DNA of 64,000 nt, taken from the NCBI GenBank assembly GCA_030141605.1, contig JAQGDQ010000229.1:248001-312000 (forward strand). The letters run 5' to 3'. The notes beneath the pieces were generated by a model. It did no database searches. It had not been told where the DNA came from and saw only the letters and a program-made list of their open reading frames with translations. Shown here in pieces: positions 51,365-64,000 of the stretch (positions are counted from its first letter, which is position 1; every line of letters starts with the position of its first letter). Origin of the DNA: Tubiluchus corallicola. Its lineage: Eukaryota > Animalia > Priapulida. A program made the position numbers and the translations under genes.

Positions 51365-52247
51365 CTGCAAAAGAGGATAACACTAATTACATAAACATTT
51401 AAAATGCATAGCAAGCATTTTCCTGAGTGTGTAATTAATGGTTAGGTAAATCGGTATGGTGCAGATTTAGCTTAACCATGCGGCCTAGGCCACAAAACAA
51501 TGAAGAATCTTGTTAATAGCTTAGAGAATTGCCCAAATATAAATTATAAATCGCAACTAAAATGAGCAAAGTTTATACGGAGAGTATCATGTCGTTAAGA
51601 GTTTGCTTATTCACGCAATTATATCAAGGCAATTTTAGTAATCGGTTTAACGGGAAGTAATTTTATAATCTTACATTACGAGAGTGGCAATTAGTGTGCT
51701 GGGTGTATGCTAAAACCCGTATTTCCTTAATTCATGGTAAGAATGTTCCTGGGGTGTACTTCGCCATTTACATCTGCTCTTCGTGCAGTCTGCTAGCAGA
51801 TGATAAGAACAAAAACGAATAGCCAGCCTACGTTTCCCATTTCATTAGCGAGATTAATTAAATTCAGTAATATAAACGAAAACTATGGCGATTTAACTTA
51901 ATTTAAGCACACTAAAACGTTGCCGCTGTTTTGTTAGAAACGTAAGCCGAAGACACTGATATCCCCTCTACAAGCAGTGGGAGAATAAATAATACTATCA
52001 AGAACGACGAATTAATTTGTTCTTTGGTTAACATTGAAAACGGACTCTCCCATGAGACATAGATACGTTGTTTTTCTCCTAGGACGGCTATTGTGCAGTG
52101 AAGTGACAGACGGTTGTTGCAATAAATTAAATAGAAATGCAAAAAACATGCAAATCTTGATTGAAATTACGAGAAAAAGAGTAAGGGGTAGTCTAAAGCA
52201 ATGTAGATTAGAATTAAAAAAAAGGGCACAGAGTTGCAATGAATGAG

Positions 52248-52256
52248 AGTTGTTGC

Positions 52257-52300
<44 letters not shown>
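52248..52300. repeat. (GTT)n microsatellite
   Basis: Seen directly. Confidence 0.95.
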
Positions 52301-52301
<1 letters not shown>

Positions 52302-52641
52302 ATGTGAATTATGTGAATTACAGTACTTCGCTTTGAAAGCTGCCGCGAAACTAACGCTTACTCGTTTTCATCCCAAATGTTTCGCAGGGCTTTACTCTCT
52401 AATACGCATTAACTGTTATTCCTTTATCCTAGTAGTATAGGAGTTTGTATTAGTGTTGTGTGCCAGTCAGCTTTGTTTAATTTTAAATTAATGTCCTTTG
52501 CGTTTGTATAACATTATCAGTCAGCCTTTTGTTGATGCAACTCTGTATCTGTAATATGTCTTAATATATTCAAATCTTATTTACGTGTAGAACAACTCCC
52601 TGCAAATAGATAACACCTTTTTGTATATTTTTGTTTTATTA

Positions 52642-52680
<39 letters not shown>

Positions 52681-52700
52681 TTATCATAAATAATAATAAT
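52642..52700. repeat. (AAT)n microsatellite
   Basis: Seen directly. Confidence 0.95.
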
Positions 52701-53836
52701 GTGTTTACTTATTTGTTTTACTGCTCGTGTTACTGATGTTATTTTTGTTATCATTTTTAGTTGTTGCAGAGGTCGACGGTGATGACAGTGGCGCAATTAT
52801 TATTTAAATTAGGCCGCTTTCAAAATATACTGGAAAGATTTAACGTCCTTACTTTTAGACTAGACCTCGAACAGATTTTTCCACTATAACATACAGTTTC
52901 AAAAAATGCTTTGGCTTATTTTTGCAAGTTCGTCTTACTATAGTTCGATTTTTGTTACCGAGATTTTCTGACGGCAAGGAAATGGACGAAGCATAAATAT
53001 CCGTCCTTTAAATAAAGTTCGATTAAGGCTCACTGTAATCGCAACTTGTTAGGCACAATGGCAGGTAATCTACTTATACTTCAAAGTCAATATCTTCAAG
53101 GAAAATTCAGTAGGATCTTTGTTATATAATAACATGGTTTAATAAGAAAAATGATGTAACCGCATCTGTAATTCCAATACCAATCTAACATATTTGATTA
53201 ATACTTTTGAGCAGATTAAGTTCAATGTTACATTGCATTAAGTTCATTGTTAGTCAGCCATTTGCATTTTTGTAAATTTGGTACAAGCGGAATCGTACGG
53301 ATTTTAGAAAAACATTAAAACATTTTACGCTATGCTAAAGTTAGAGTGTACCAGCCTCTTTTAGCTCTGCAACGATTTAATAGACGGCGACACCAGTGCA
53401 ATGTAGTCTTCTTATGCATTTAGAAGCGTCATCAAAACCTATGAGTATTATACAGCGTTATGCAAGTTGTACGAATACAAGCAGATCCAGACTGCATTGC
53501 GTTGTGCAAATTGTTCGCTTTAATGTGTTATGCAAATTTGAATCAATATTTGGTTATGATATCATCAGATAGGCTTGTATGTGGCAGTAATGTTAATCAC
53601 TCAAACGTGAAATACAGTGCCGGGTTTACGGTAGTTTCACGGCAGTTACTTCTAAATCAGAAATTATGCCGACTGTACTAACAAGAAACTTAATTGAACT
53701 TCTACATAACTTACATAATGATTATTGGCTTTCCAAGCATAGTATAGTAGTTCACATAAAAGTTACAATTAAAAATAGAAATCAAGTGTGTTAACTTTAC
53801 AATCATTTCATTAATAATTTTAAAGAACAAAAACAA

Positions 53837-53869
<33 letters not shown>

Positions 53870-54952
53870 TAGCAACAGAAACACCAATATTATCGTTACT
53901 GGTGACTGGACTGTTGCATTGCTGTTAGGTGAATTAATTAACCTAAATTAAATTAATCGATATGTCTATTAGAATCGATCAATTTAACAATTGATAAACT
54001 CTAGCAGAATCGAACTGGAGTTTAATTGGCAATTAGATCAACTCGAATCAATCAGTAAGGCTAGTCGATTTAAGCGGTACAATAAGCTCCAACAGAATCG
54101 AGCGAGAGTTTAATAATTTGAATAAATCGAATCAATCAATTTGTCGAATTAATCGATTCCTCTAATAAGTCCAGCAGAATTGATGACAGTTTGTGTGCAG
54201 ACACTAGACAGTTTGTCTCCTTGACAAATTGACATATCATTGACTGAATTTATGCATCACAAGTTGACACTATTGATTACAGTAAAGTGGGCGCTATATA
54301 TGTCGCCTTACTCTCGTTTATCTTGAGAATTTCCAGCGCTCTCATGTGGAAAACCCATTCTGATTATCACAGTATAAAATCGATCTTGATTATCGGAGGA
54401 CTACTGACTGATGACTCTTGGTGTGCGTGCGTGCGTGTGTGTGTGTATGTGTGCGTGTTAACAGCTATTCTCTTCATTTTAGAAAAGGATTGTAAAACAA
54501 GTGACCAGTTATCGGTTTGTTAATCGCCAGGTGACGCTTTTTAACATAAACTTAACCATCAAGTGATATTCTAGTTTTGGGATGTCATGAAGTGGTTTCA
54601 ATAATTTCGTCAATTGTGTTTCAGTTTTATTTATGAACTAATTATTAAGAACTAATTATGTTACATCTATCTTGAATTTCTTTCTAATGCTAGGCTACTC
54701 GTTTAGAGCAGCCAACTGTAAAATCTAAAATGTGCAAGTATCATGCGTATCTTCCTACTAATAAATGTATTTATTTTACCTTGCTTATGAAAGTATGTCA
54801 AATTTGTGATTTTTTATAGCAGTTATAGATAAACTTCTATAGTCTACCTGACATTAGCAGGGTCTGTCAAGTTTGCTTTGTAGCTGCGTCTCCTCAATAA
54901 ACAGGTCATTGTTGTTGTAATGTCATGAGCGTATATTATCATGTTAGTGTCA

Positions 54953-55005
54953 AATAAATAAATGAATAAATAATAAAATAATAATAATAATAATAATAAA
55001 AAATA

Positions 55006-55080
<75 letters not shown>

Positions 55081-55095
55081 TATTATTATTATTAT
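54953..55095. repeat. (AAT)n microsatellite with a short inverted (ATT)n end
   Basis: Seen directly. Confidence 0.95.
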
Positions 55096-58000
55096 AATAT
55101 ATAAATTATTCCAAAATAACGTTATTTGAAAGACGCATTTTGAAATGATTTGCTGAAAGTCAACCAGTGACAACAGGTAGAGAACGTAGCTTGCCTTAAG
55201 TGCAGCGCATGTTTACCGTCGGGACAACTGCATTAAGGTTTTATTATGGCTTCAGCGCGTATGGCTTCTGCTATAAGATGTATCAGCCTGGAAGACGTTG
55301 GCAGCAAACAGCAGGAACTCATGAGTTGCCAAGCAACTACAAAGCATCGTTTCAGCGTGTGGCACAGTTATTATGTCGCCTATAAATCAAGAAGCATATT
55401 AGCCGGGGCTACCTTATAATAGCGTGCTTTGTAGATGTCTCTTGGGTTGCTGGTAATTATTTTTTAGTAGCGCTGGGTCATTCTATATGGTTAACTATTT
55501 ATAAAGCTAACCAATATAGTACACAGTGTAACATAACTTTTAGCTAAGTGGGTGATGGGGATGGGAGGAGAGGTGCGCAGAAACAACAAGTAATTGTGTA
55601 GGACAAGTTATGACATCGAAGTATTGCAGACACAACAATGAATTTGTAATGGCCTGAAAACTAGTGTGTAAACCTCGCCTGTCTCACACAGCCTGTAAAC
55701 TTGAGGAATGTGACTGAGGTGACTCAAAGAACTCGAGATTCTCTAACGTAGATATCTCACAATCTTATTTGTTGAATACCGATCAACGGCAGATATCGTC
55801 TTAGCTTACCATTCTGCCTTTCAGCTCCAATGTGTTCGATGGGCTGAGGTAGAGTGAATTTCCAGGCCATTCAGTTCAATCGAACACGCGGGATATGTTT
55901 CAGCTTCATTTGGATGTAATAAATTGACTGTACTTCTACAAATTGTTTCTGCAATACAGCACAAAGTGACGTATCTTTCTGCAGTTAGAACAACGACCGT
56001 CACCTCACAGACAGTGCCAATGTCGCCAGTCTGCGACACTTTTGAGAATTTCACACCTGTTACACCTGTTTCTCGTGTTGCACACAATCTTATCTTAAGT
56101 TCAAAATCATCGATACATTCACCATTTTGAAAACTCCAACGGTGTCCCAATCTTACTACTTCTACAAACTGTAGATTCAGTCTGTTAAGTTTAGGATTAT
56201 GACATAGTGATATAAACCCTGTTGAAAGTACTCAAAACGTCTTTGTTCTAATAAATTTCACGTAAACAGTCCCAATGTCGAGAGTGTGCAACACTCCTCT
56301 GTTGTACTGATTCTTCAAACTCTACAGTCTACAGCACACAATATTATCTTAAATTCACAATCATCGACACATTTACTATTTTCAGAACTTCAACAGAATC
56401 ACCAAAACGGCCATCATTTAAAAAACTCTAACAAACAGTTTCCAGTTTTGCTGCTTGTACAAACTCTATATTCTCTGAAGTTTAGGATCACGACATAAAT
56501 CTTTGTTGAAACCGCCCAAAACCTCTTTATTCCAGTATTGATTCTGAAATTTCTAATAAGACAGTCAAGGCGTTATTGAAGAGTACACGAGCTAATTTTT
56601 TTACGGTTATTACACAAAAACGAATTATTATCTCGATGCTTGCCAACTAGCTTAATATAAATAAATAAAGTACGCCTGAGCTATTTATCTAAAAGAGAGT
56701 AATAAATACGTTCACAGCCTCCTCGCCATAAAAATAATCCATTCCCAGTCTTCTAGTAGCTTCTTTGAAATTAATCACTCGCCTGAGCGTGCGAAATGTT
56801 TGGGGAATTAATTAATCAAAACGGGTCACCTAGGTTGATTTAACAGAGCTTACGCTTCCTTATCTCTAATCTGAAGCCAGAGATCGGAAAATAAGCCACC
56901 TGAATATGCTAAGGGAAAGATCTTGTTTAATTAGTGTAGCACGCAAGGGCGTATTGATAGTATTATCACTTCATAATCAGCTAAGCAAATTACTACATTA
57001 GCGAAATATTGGCTTCATGGTAAATCTACGAAAGAGGGGGAAGGGAAGGCTGCTATAAGAAAAAAGGCAGCGCGCATCATTATTTAAAGAAAAGAAAGTG
57101 TTGATTTATTGAAAATTAAAGTTTGAAAATTAACATTGTAATTCCGGTGTTTTATCTACTTGCTTAACGGCAGATAAACAGGGTTTTCTTTTGCGAATTC
57201 TTAGATTACCTGGATCCACCCATGGTAAGTATTAAGTTGGCACATTCAGTGACATTCTACAGGTTAGATTTACTTGCTTGCACCTAATAGTGTAATGTCT
57301 GGGCTGAATTTACAGTAAAACGCCATTAAGGTTGCTTTTCACAAACCCGTGCTAGTATACGTTTACTTCTGCAAACATTCTATAAATTTTCCCTCTAAAA
57401 CCAACACAGTTTGGACTGGCTTCGCAATATTTTAATAGCTCTGCGGCCAGTGGTTATTAAGCCTACTACTGAGCCTATTTACAAAGTTTAATTCATTTAA
57501 TGTAAAAAGGGGTTTTTACAAGAATCTCAGGAAGGTGGGGTCCCCTACTTTATACAAAATAAAAAAGAAGCGTTTCCAGAAAGCTTTGTTAATGAATGGC
57601 GCCAACATGCCATACAAGAGTGTTTACAGTATGAGTGGCGCCACCTTCGAACGGAGTATTAGTGGCTTATACTATTAAAGTGATTTTTATTTGTATTATC
57701 ATCCGTTCTTCACATAAACACATAGTATTGCGTAAAGCACTATTTTTTCTATATAGAAGCGCATAGCCTAATAAATAAAAAGTCAGAGTTTACAGGTCTG
57801 TACGTTTCTTATAATTCGAGGTGAGCCTTACACTAGTCAACCTAACCAAGTCGTTAACGAAAATCATTACCAGCTAGTTTACATGGAATTAAAGTGAAAT
57901 TATCGTCTGATATGGAAAAGCCGGCGTTGGCTTCCCCCTCCCCTTTGAGAATTCAAACCGATAAGTAATAGCATTAACAACGGGAATGACAAGCTTGAAT

Positions 58001-60211
58001 ACCAGTCAGTCGAACCGTATGATTTTTTTTTGAAATTGAAGATTGTTGAACTTTTGGTGACACAGTTCAATGAAGCCAATCTTCTGGCATACATACTTCA
58101 GAGTCCAGATGGATTTTATCTTAGTTTCTCACTACATAGGTCAAGCACAGCATGCTAACGAATAGCTTGTTTAGTAAGTAAATACTGAGTGAATGAACGC
58201 TCAAACAACGTAATGGAACAAAATTTGACTCGATTTCTCAAAACGCAAGATTATTCGAAGCCACCCTTGGCCGATTTCAAAACCATTCTGAATCAGTCAC
58301 ATTCGCATCCTCCAACATGACGTTCCTTTCCTCTACTGAAGATGCGCTAAACCTGTGACCATTCAGATTTTGATGTAAACAAAGTTCTTTCTTTCAGAGT
58401 ACCAGTTGACTCGGATGGGACTGAACAACATTGTAAGCAATGGCTCAACAGCCAGAATGCGATCAATGTAGCGCCCCAATGACGTTTGGCAGAGAAAATT
58501 GCATCAAGAGAAGCTCAAGCTGTGAATGATGTACCCGGGAGGCAAAATGAACATGCGTTTTTGACGTGCGGGACGGCCGATAATAACTACATTTTGCTTT
58601 GCCCGGGTGAGAAAACAGGAATTTAAAAGCTGGAGGGATGACCATTATGGCGCAGAGAGGATGTGATCGATCGTTGAGAAGAGATGAGTAAGCAATTCCC
58701 AGTTAGAATCGTTTGTGCCAAGCTTTGGTAAAAATGACATGAAAGCAGTCGAAATAATTTGTAGCATGGTTTTAGTTCAGACATGCAGAAACATTATGAC
58801 GCTGGATACGTTTTAGTTACACATTTACATACAGTTGCACAAAAAAGCATAAAGGAATGACAGGAAAATGGCAGTTTAGATTCTACAAATAATTCATTAC
58901 GTTACTAGAACCAAAGCATTAATCTTCTTAGAGCACCCTTACATGACTGCAGTAATAGGCAACACCAATAAGGGCACTGTATATCTTTTCCCATAACTAC
59001 GCCTTCTATCTAGATAAAAATCAATCAACGGTGATCTAATTTCATCCACTAGTCGAAAAACGCTCTGTAAAGGAAATTAAAGTAATTGTTTTAACAAAGA
59101 GTTTGTTTTTCTACCGTTTCTAAAACTGACAGCCTTTGAAACCCGTCACGCATGTAAGCGAAACAACTGACACCCTTTGAAGCCAAAGATCTAGTCGACT
59201 GATTTCTTCCAGCCTGAATCAAAGCTGATCTCATTAAATGAGTAATGAAAAACTAACCCGTACTCGTCGAGGTCTGCTCAAGTATGTAGCACACGAAATT
59301 GTCTGTGAGTGATAAGAACAAGAGCTCGCTGGTCGATAGAGTGAAGAGATGGATAACTCTTGTGCGATATTGTAACAGCGTTTGTGTGTGTACAGCCTCC
59401 GCAACGACTTGTAGAGAATACAAACTGTTCATTCTCAAACGCCAGTGATACATCAGGTGGCACAAAAACGAGCTCACCAAAATTACGATGTTAATATACG
59501 AAAAAATAAAGGAAATTCTTGAAAATTAGCGCACTGATGTTGCAGCTGCTTCTGTGTAAACACCAAAAATTTTGTCATTTCCTTAATTTTTTCCAAAAAT
59601 ACTGAAGTTTTAACTCTAAAAAAATGAAGTCGGAAAAAATTTGTATGTCACTATTGTTAAAATTTACATCAACTATGCTATCTATCTACCATTTTCAATG
59701 CAAACTAGTAGAAGTTGAAGGTTTCACGCTCTTACCTGTATGTCAAAAAAGCCTGTGTGCTAAGTTTTTGTTCGTAAGTTCTTTTCATACACTCAGTCAT
59801 GTGATTGTCACACGTTTTACCATTAAATTATATTAAAAAAAATTGACAACTGGGAGCTTGCCTTACTTATCACGCTCTCAAACACAAGATACGCTGCCAG
59901 TGCAAATAAAGATACAAATCAAGGTGCTTGCTAAGTCAGGTGCACTTACTCTAATTAAAGAATGACTAACAGACAATTTTTACGCAAGAAGATAGATGAC
60001 TGGGCTCTTATCTGGTCTTGGAAACAGACAAGATTTCAGTTCTATCAGCAGTAGAGAAAATTACTTGCAAGTAATTCATTGTCGTTTGCAGCTGGCACTC
60101 TGTTCCAAACTTTGAAGTGTACTGGAAATATAGTTAGTAGTGAAGATACAAATCCACAACTAATTAAATTTTGATATCAAATCGGAAAGGCCCGAAATGT
60201 GAAAAAATTGG

Positions 60212-60280
60212 AATACAGCTTGGATTTGAACCAGTAACCTCCTGCTTACAAGACAGACGCCTTAGATTACTAGGCCATTA
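60212..60280 (-). pseudogene. tRNA-like pseudogene or SINE head (Thr-TGT-like loop)
   Basis: tggcctagtaa...tctgt-cttgtaa-gcagg...ggttcaaatcc; degenerate A-box; acceptor stem does not pair. Confidence 0.5.
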
Positions 60281-60804
60281 TATTTTCCACTGATCAAGGC
60301 AGTCCAAATCTCATTCCTTATCATTATTAATAATAATCTTGATATAAATATAATAATGTAACATAACAAATAATGTAACAAATAAATGTAATAACTCTTG
60401 TAAAATAATTTAGTTACAAGATTTTTATGTGTAACGGTGTCGCATTGTTACCAGTGTAATATCAGTAATTGCAGCAAAACAGGTTCGCTTACATTAACCT
60501 AAAAATGTAGATCCTTGTTAATATTAATAGTAGGCATATTTTGTATTGTGTTTTGTTCATCGACCATGCTTTATACATGTGCATGGCTGTGTAATCTAAT
60601 GTAGGGATCAATACTGATTCGATTGTTAGTTATGCAGTTATAGATCTACTATAGCTAATGGTTCATGGCAGAAAGCCAGTTAAGCACTGTAAAATCGTTA
60701 ATTATAATAGTAAATATCATAGTTAATCAAACGTGTTGCATGGTGGTTTTATGATTTTACTTTTTTCGAAGTAGGATGAAATAATACTGTACTACAGGTG
60801 CAGG

Positions 60805-61040
<236 letters not shown>

Positions 61041-61433
61041 TTTATTTTTTATTTTCTGCATTTTCTATGCGGGCTCACATTCGCGTCGCACTAGACAGGT
61101 CATTCTAGAGGACCAAAACTTCAAAAGCAAAGCACTTTACGGCTTTAGACAAGCGTACAACAGTCTGCGAGGATGACTAGTAAGACGGCCAGTGTGACTA
61201 GACAAACTTTATGACATTTCGCAAACCATAAAGCGCAAAATATTCTCTCAAAATATGCAGTGAAGCAGTGTAATTATTTTGCTATACTAACGACAAAAGT
61301 ACAGTCGAATATAGTCTATATTATATAGACCTTTCAGCAACGAAGGAAAATTTATATCCTTTATTTATAATATTAATGTAAATCAACTGAATTTTTATAC
61401 CAAAGCCTAAAGACAGGAATTGTGAAAAGTTAG

Positions 61434-61500
61434 ACAGCCTGGATTTGAACCAGGAATCTGCAGCTTGCAAGGTTGACGTCATAACCAATCTAATGTGAGC
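61434..61500 (-). pseudogene. Second, more degraded copy of the tRNA-like head
   Basis: acagcctggatttgaaccagg versus acagcttggatttgaaccagt at ~60215; both preceded by tgtgaaaa. Confidence 0.4.
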
Positions 61501-63800
61501 GAGCTAACATTGGAATTAACGCATAGGCACTAAGCACAGTTTAAGGCATCAAGGCCCAGGCGGCACCAAGCTGACAAAAAATTGAGAACAGGTAAAAGGC
61601 CTTTCACGCGGTAGAGGGTTACAAGAGATTTAGGTACCTTGACTGTTTTTTTCACATCACTATATAGTATTATAGTAGGGTTTTCGACTTTTGTCATCAT
61701 GTTTTTACCTATTACCATGACAAGTTGGGAACACTGTAAGTCTGTAACCACATCCGCAATAGCCATTAACTAAGTCCCAGATCAGGAAGTATTATGATCA
61801 ATTGTTCATGAAGTGGGGTTATTTTAACTCCTTGTTTAACAACATTCTGTTTTTTTCCATCAGCAGGCATCATACCTTCTTTTCTCCAGCTGATTTATTT
61901 AATTAAAATTTCATTTAAAAGTAAATAAATAATTTAAGTGGCGTAAGTCGTATATAGAGCAATGGAATTTGTTTTATATATAATTTTTATGTGCTTTGAG
62001 CTGCGAAACGTGCATGCCGTGGCGCGGGGTAAGGACAGGCTGGAGCATCAGGTGTTGGGTGTGCTTAGAAGGTACCAGTACACCTGAATCCAGCCGAGCT
62101 TTTAGAACCCTTTAGAAATTTAGGTCCCTGGTTCAAAACCAGGTGTATCAATTTTTTACATATCCTATTTGAATTTCCTGGCTCAAATGCTGACTGTATC
62201 ACAAGTCTTTACATTTTTAAGTTTCGATGTTAGTGTATCAAAAATTCAATTAACTGTGGTTTTGTTCCATCATTTCTATCCTTCGATGCGTACTCTTACT
62301 CATAGTATTCTCCATACACAAATTAATTAGCTGTGTATTTTGACAACAAGCCACAAACAGCTTCAGCTGGCAAGCAGATACATAATATGCAAACGCGGCC
62401 CGCTGTACCTATGCAAAAATCAAAATCTGATTTAGAATTTTTCCAAAATTTATCCGATCTGAAATTTTTGCGACCTGCACTTTCGAAGTACAAGTCTATT
62501 TTTTGAATTATTAAACTTGAAATGCTGTTAAAATAATCGGTTGCCTCTGACAGATAAGGCCTTTGGTATGATAAATGTTAAAATGAGTTTAACATCGCAG
62601 TCTGATACCGATTTGCAGGACTGGCCAACAAGACCGGTCGCAACATGTGGATTCGGTATTACTTCTTTCTACCGACCGGCGCAGAGAAACAGCATTTTGA
62701 AACTTGTAATGAGAACAGGAGAGAAAAATTGAACTGTTATCACCTGAAATGAAGGGCGAGCACGCAGCCAAGCTACCGCTGAGGTATTTCATCCCTTTGG
62801 AAAAACTATAGATGTCATTATCGCACTACGTGATAAATTTGAATTGCTCTAAGTGGCAAAATTTTCGACCAAAGGAAGAGTAAATTTCGCCATAAAGACT
62901 TATGGCAGGTTTGCTGGAATTCTCTGTGTTATATGGGACGTTACCAGTTATATAGGCTCGCACTGCGTGAAAGATTATTTATTTATTTATATATTTATAC
63001 TTGTACCAGCGCGAGTTCAAGTTATTAGTTTGACGATTATTGTGCCTTGGAGAAATCTCTCTCTCGCTCGCTCTCGCTCTCCCACTCTCTCTTTTGCTAT
63101 TTGTGCAAACCATTTCAACAAATTTTCTGTGAAATGACTGCACTGATTTCACGTGATCTGGCAAGGCTGGTCGCCCCGACTATTGTCTAACATAAATATG
63201 AAGACTCAAGGGCCAAAGTCAGTGTCAAGATCAGGCTAAACATGTAATTTCACCAAAACGATTGTAAAGTTCGGAATATATCATCTAGTGTCACTAAACT
63301 GATCAGTGATGTTGCTTAATGAGGTCTTTTTAATCCCTAAACTAACCAAATAAAATTAATGCCAATGATGATACATTGCAACAATGAATAATAATGATTA
63401 TGAATAACATAATAAATAACATGAAGTGTATGTAACCTGGCATTATCAAACGTAGTGCTCAAATGTAAGATTGAAGACCTTATGCCCCTGCAAGCTGTCG
63501 CTTATTAGAGTGTAGATTAATACGCTAATGCTGCTAGTAAAGCAGCTCTATTAGCTAAATATTTAAAAGCCGCAGTCAGATCGGTAAAAGCAAACAATAA
63601 CATACAGATGATACTGCATAAGATGATACTGGTTTTGTTCACACGATTTGCAAATCTGTTTTCAGATCAATATAATTATTACGTGTCCATATAAAACTCA
63701 TGCAGTGGAGGCCGGACCCACAAAATATTCGAGTGATGTACACCGTCGGACTACACAGAGCCTAGGACCCAGTTTTAGGTAGGCTATTTCAACTCACAAC

Positions 63801-63911
63801 TTCTAGACACATAAGTTATTTGGACACATTGGCCATTTGGACACAAGGTAATTTGGACATTTAGTTATTTGGACACATGGGCTATTTTGACACTAGGTGC
63901 TTCGGACGCAC
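63801..63911. repeat. ~15-16 bp periodic atttggacac array, about 7 copies
   Basis: Conserved core with variable 5-6 nt linkers. Confidence 0.8.
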
Positions 63912-64000
63912 AGTAATTATATTGATCTGTAAACCGGTTTACAAATCGTGTGAACAACATCATTATCACCTTATGTAGCCTTATATCATTGCTTGTTCCT

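Noticed and set aside
51790-51840. Minus-strand MGNVGWLF... as the AP1AR-like start
   Set aside because: Stops after 15 codons and has no phase-2 donor

Overview
AT-rich animal (probably invertebrate) nuclear DNA with GT-AG introns, many microsatellites and TE remnants; nothing prokaryotic. (1) 203-7982 (+): the last eight coding exons of a DLG5-like MAGUK (last PDZ, SH3, HOOK, GUK), all splice phases consistent. (2) 12545-51364 (-): a convergent AP1AR/Gadkin-like gene assembled from seven phase-compatible exons, four of them tiny (27-50 nt) and separated mostly by 8.7-14.3 kb introns; its first exon is unresolved. (3) 21524-29720 (-): a young, full-length 8.2 kb Ty3/Gypsy LTR retrotransposon inside an intron of that gene, in the same orientation. 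It has near-identical 1.2 kb LTRs, a 5-bp TSD (TAAAC), a tRNA-Leu PBS, a PPT and one 1620-aa ORF with the Gmr1-type order Gag-PR-INT-RT-RH. Its Gag carries an N-terminal SAP-like domain, a SCAN-like capsid segment and a CCHC knuckle, which is the most unusual item in the window. The rest is intronic or unassigned: LINE 3' remnants, tRNA-derived SINE heads, a foldback MITE, minisatellites and microsatellites. All calls were made by eye; no database search was run.
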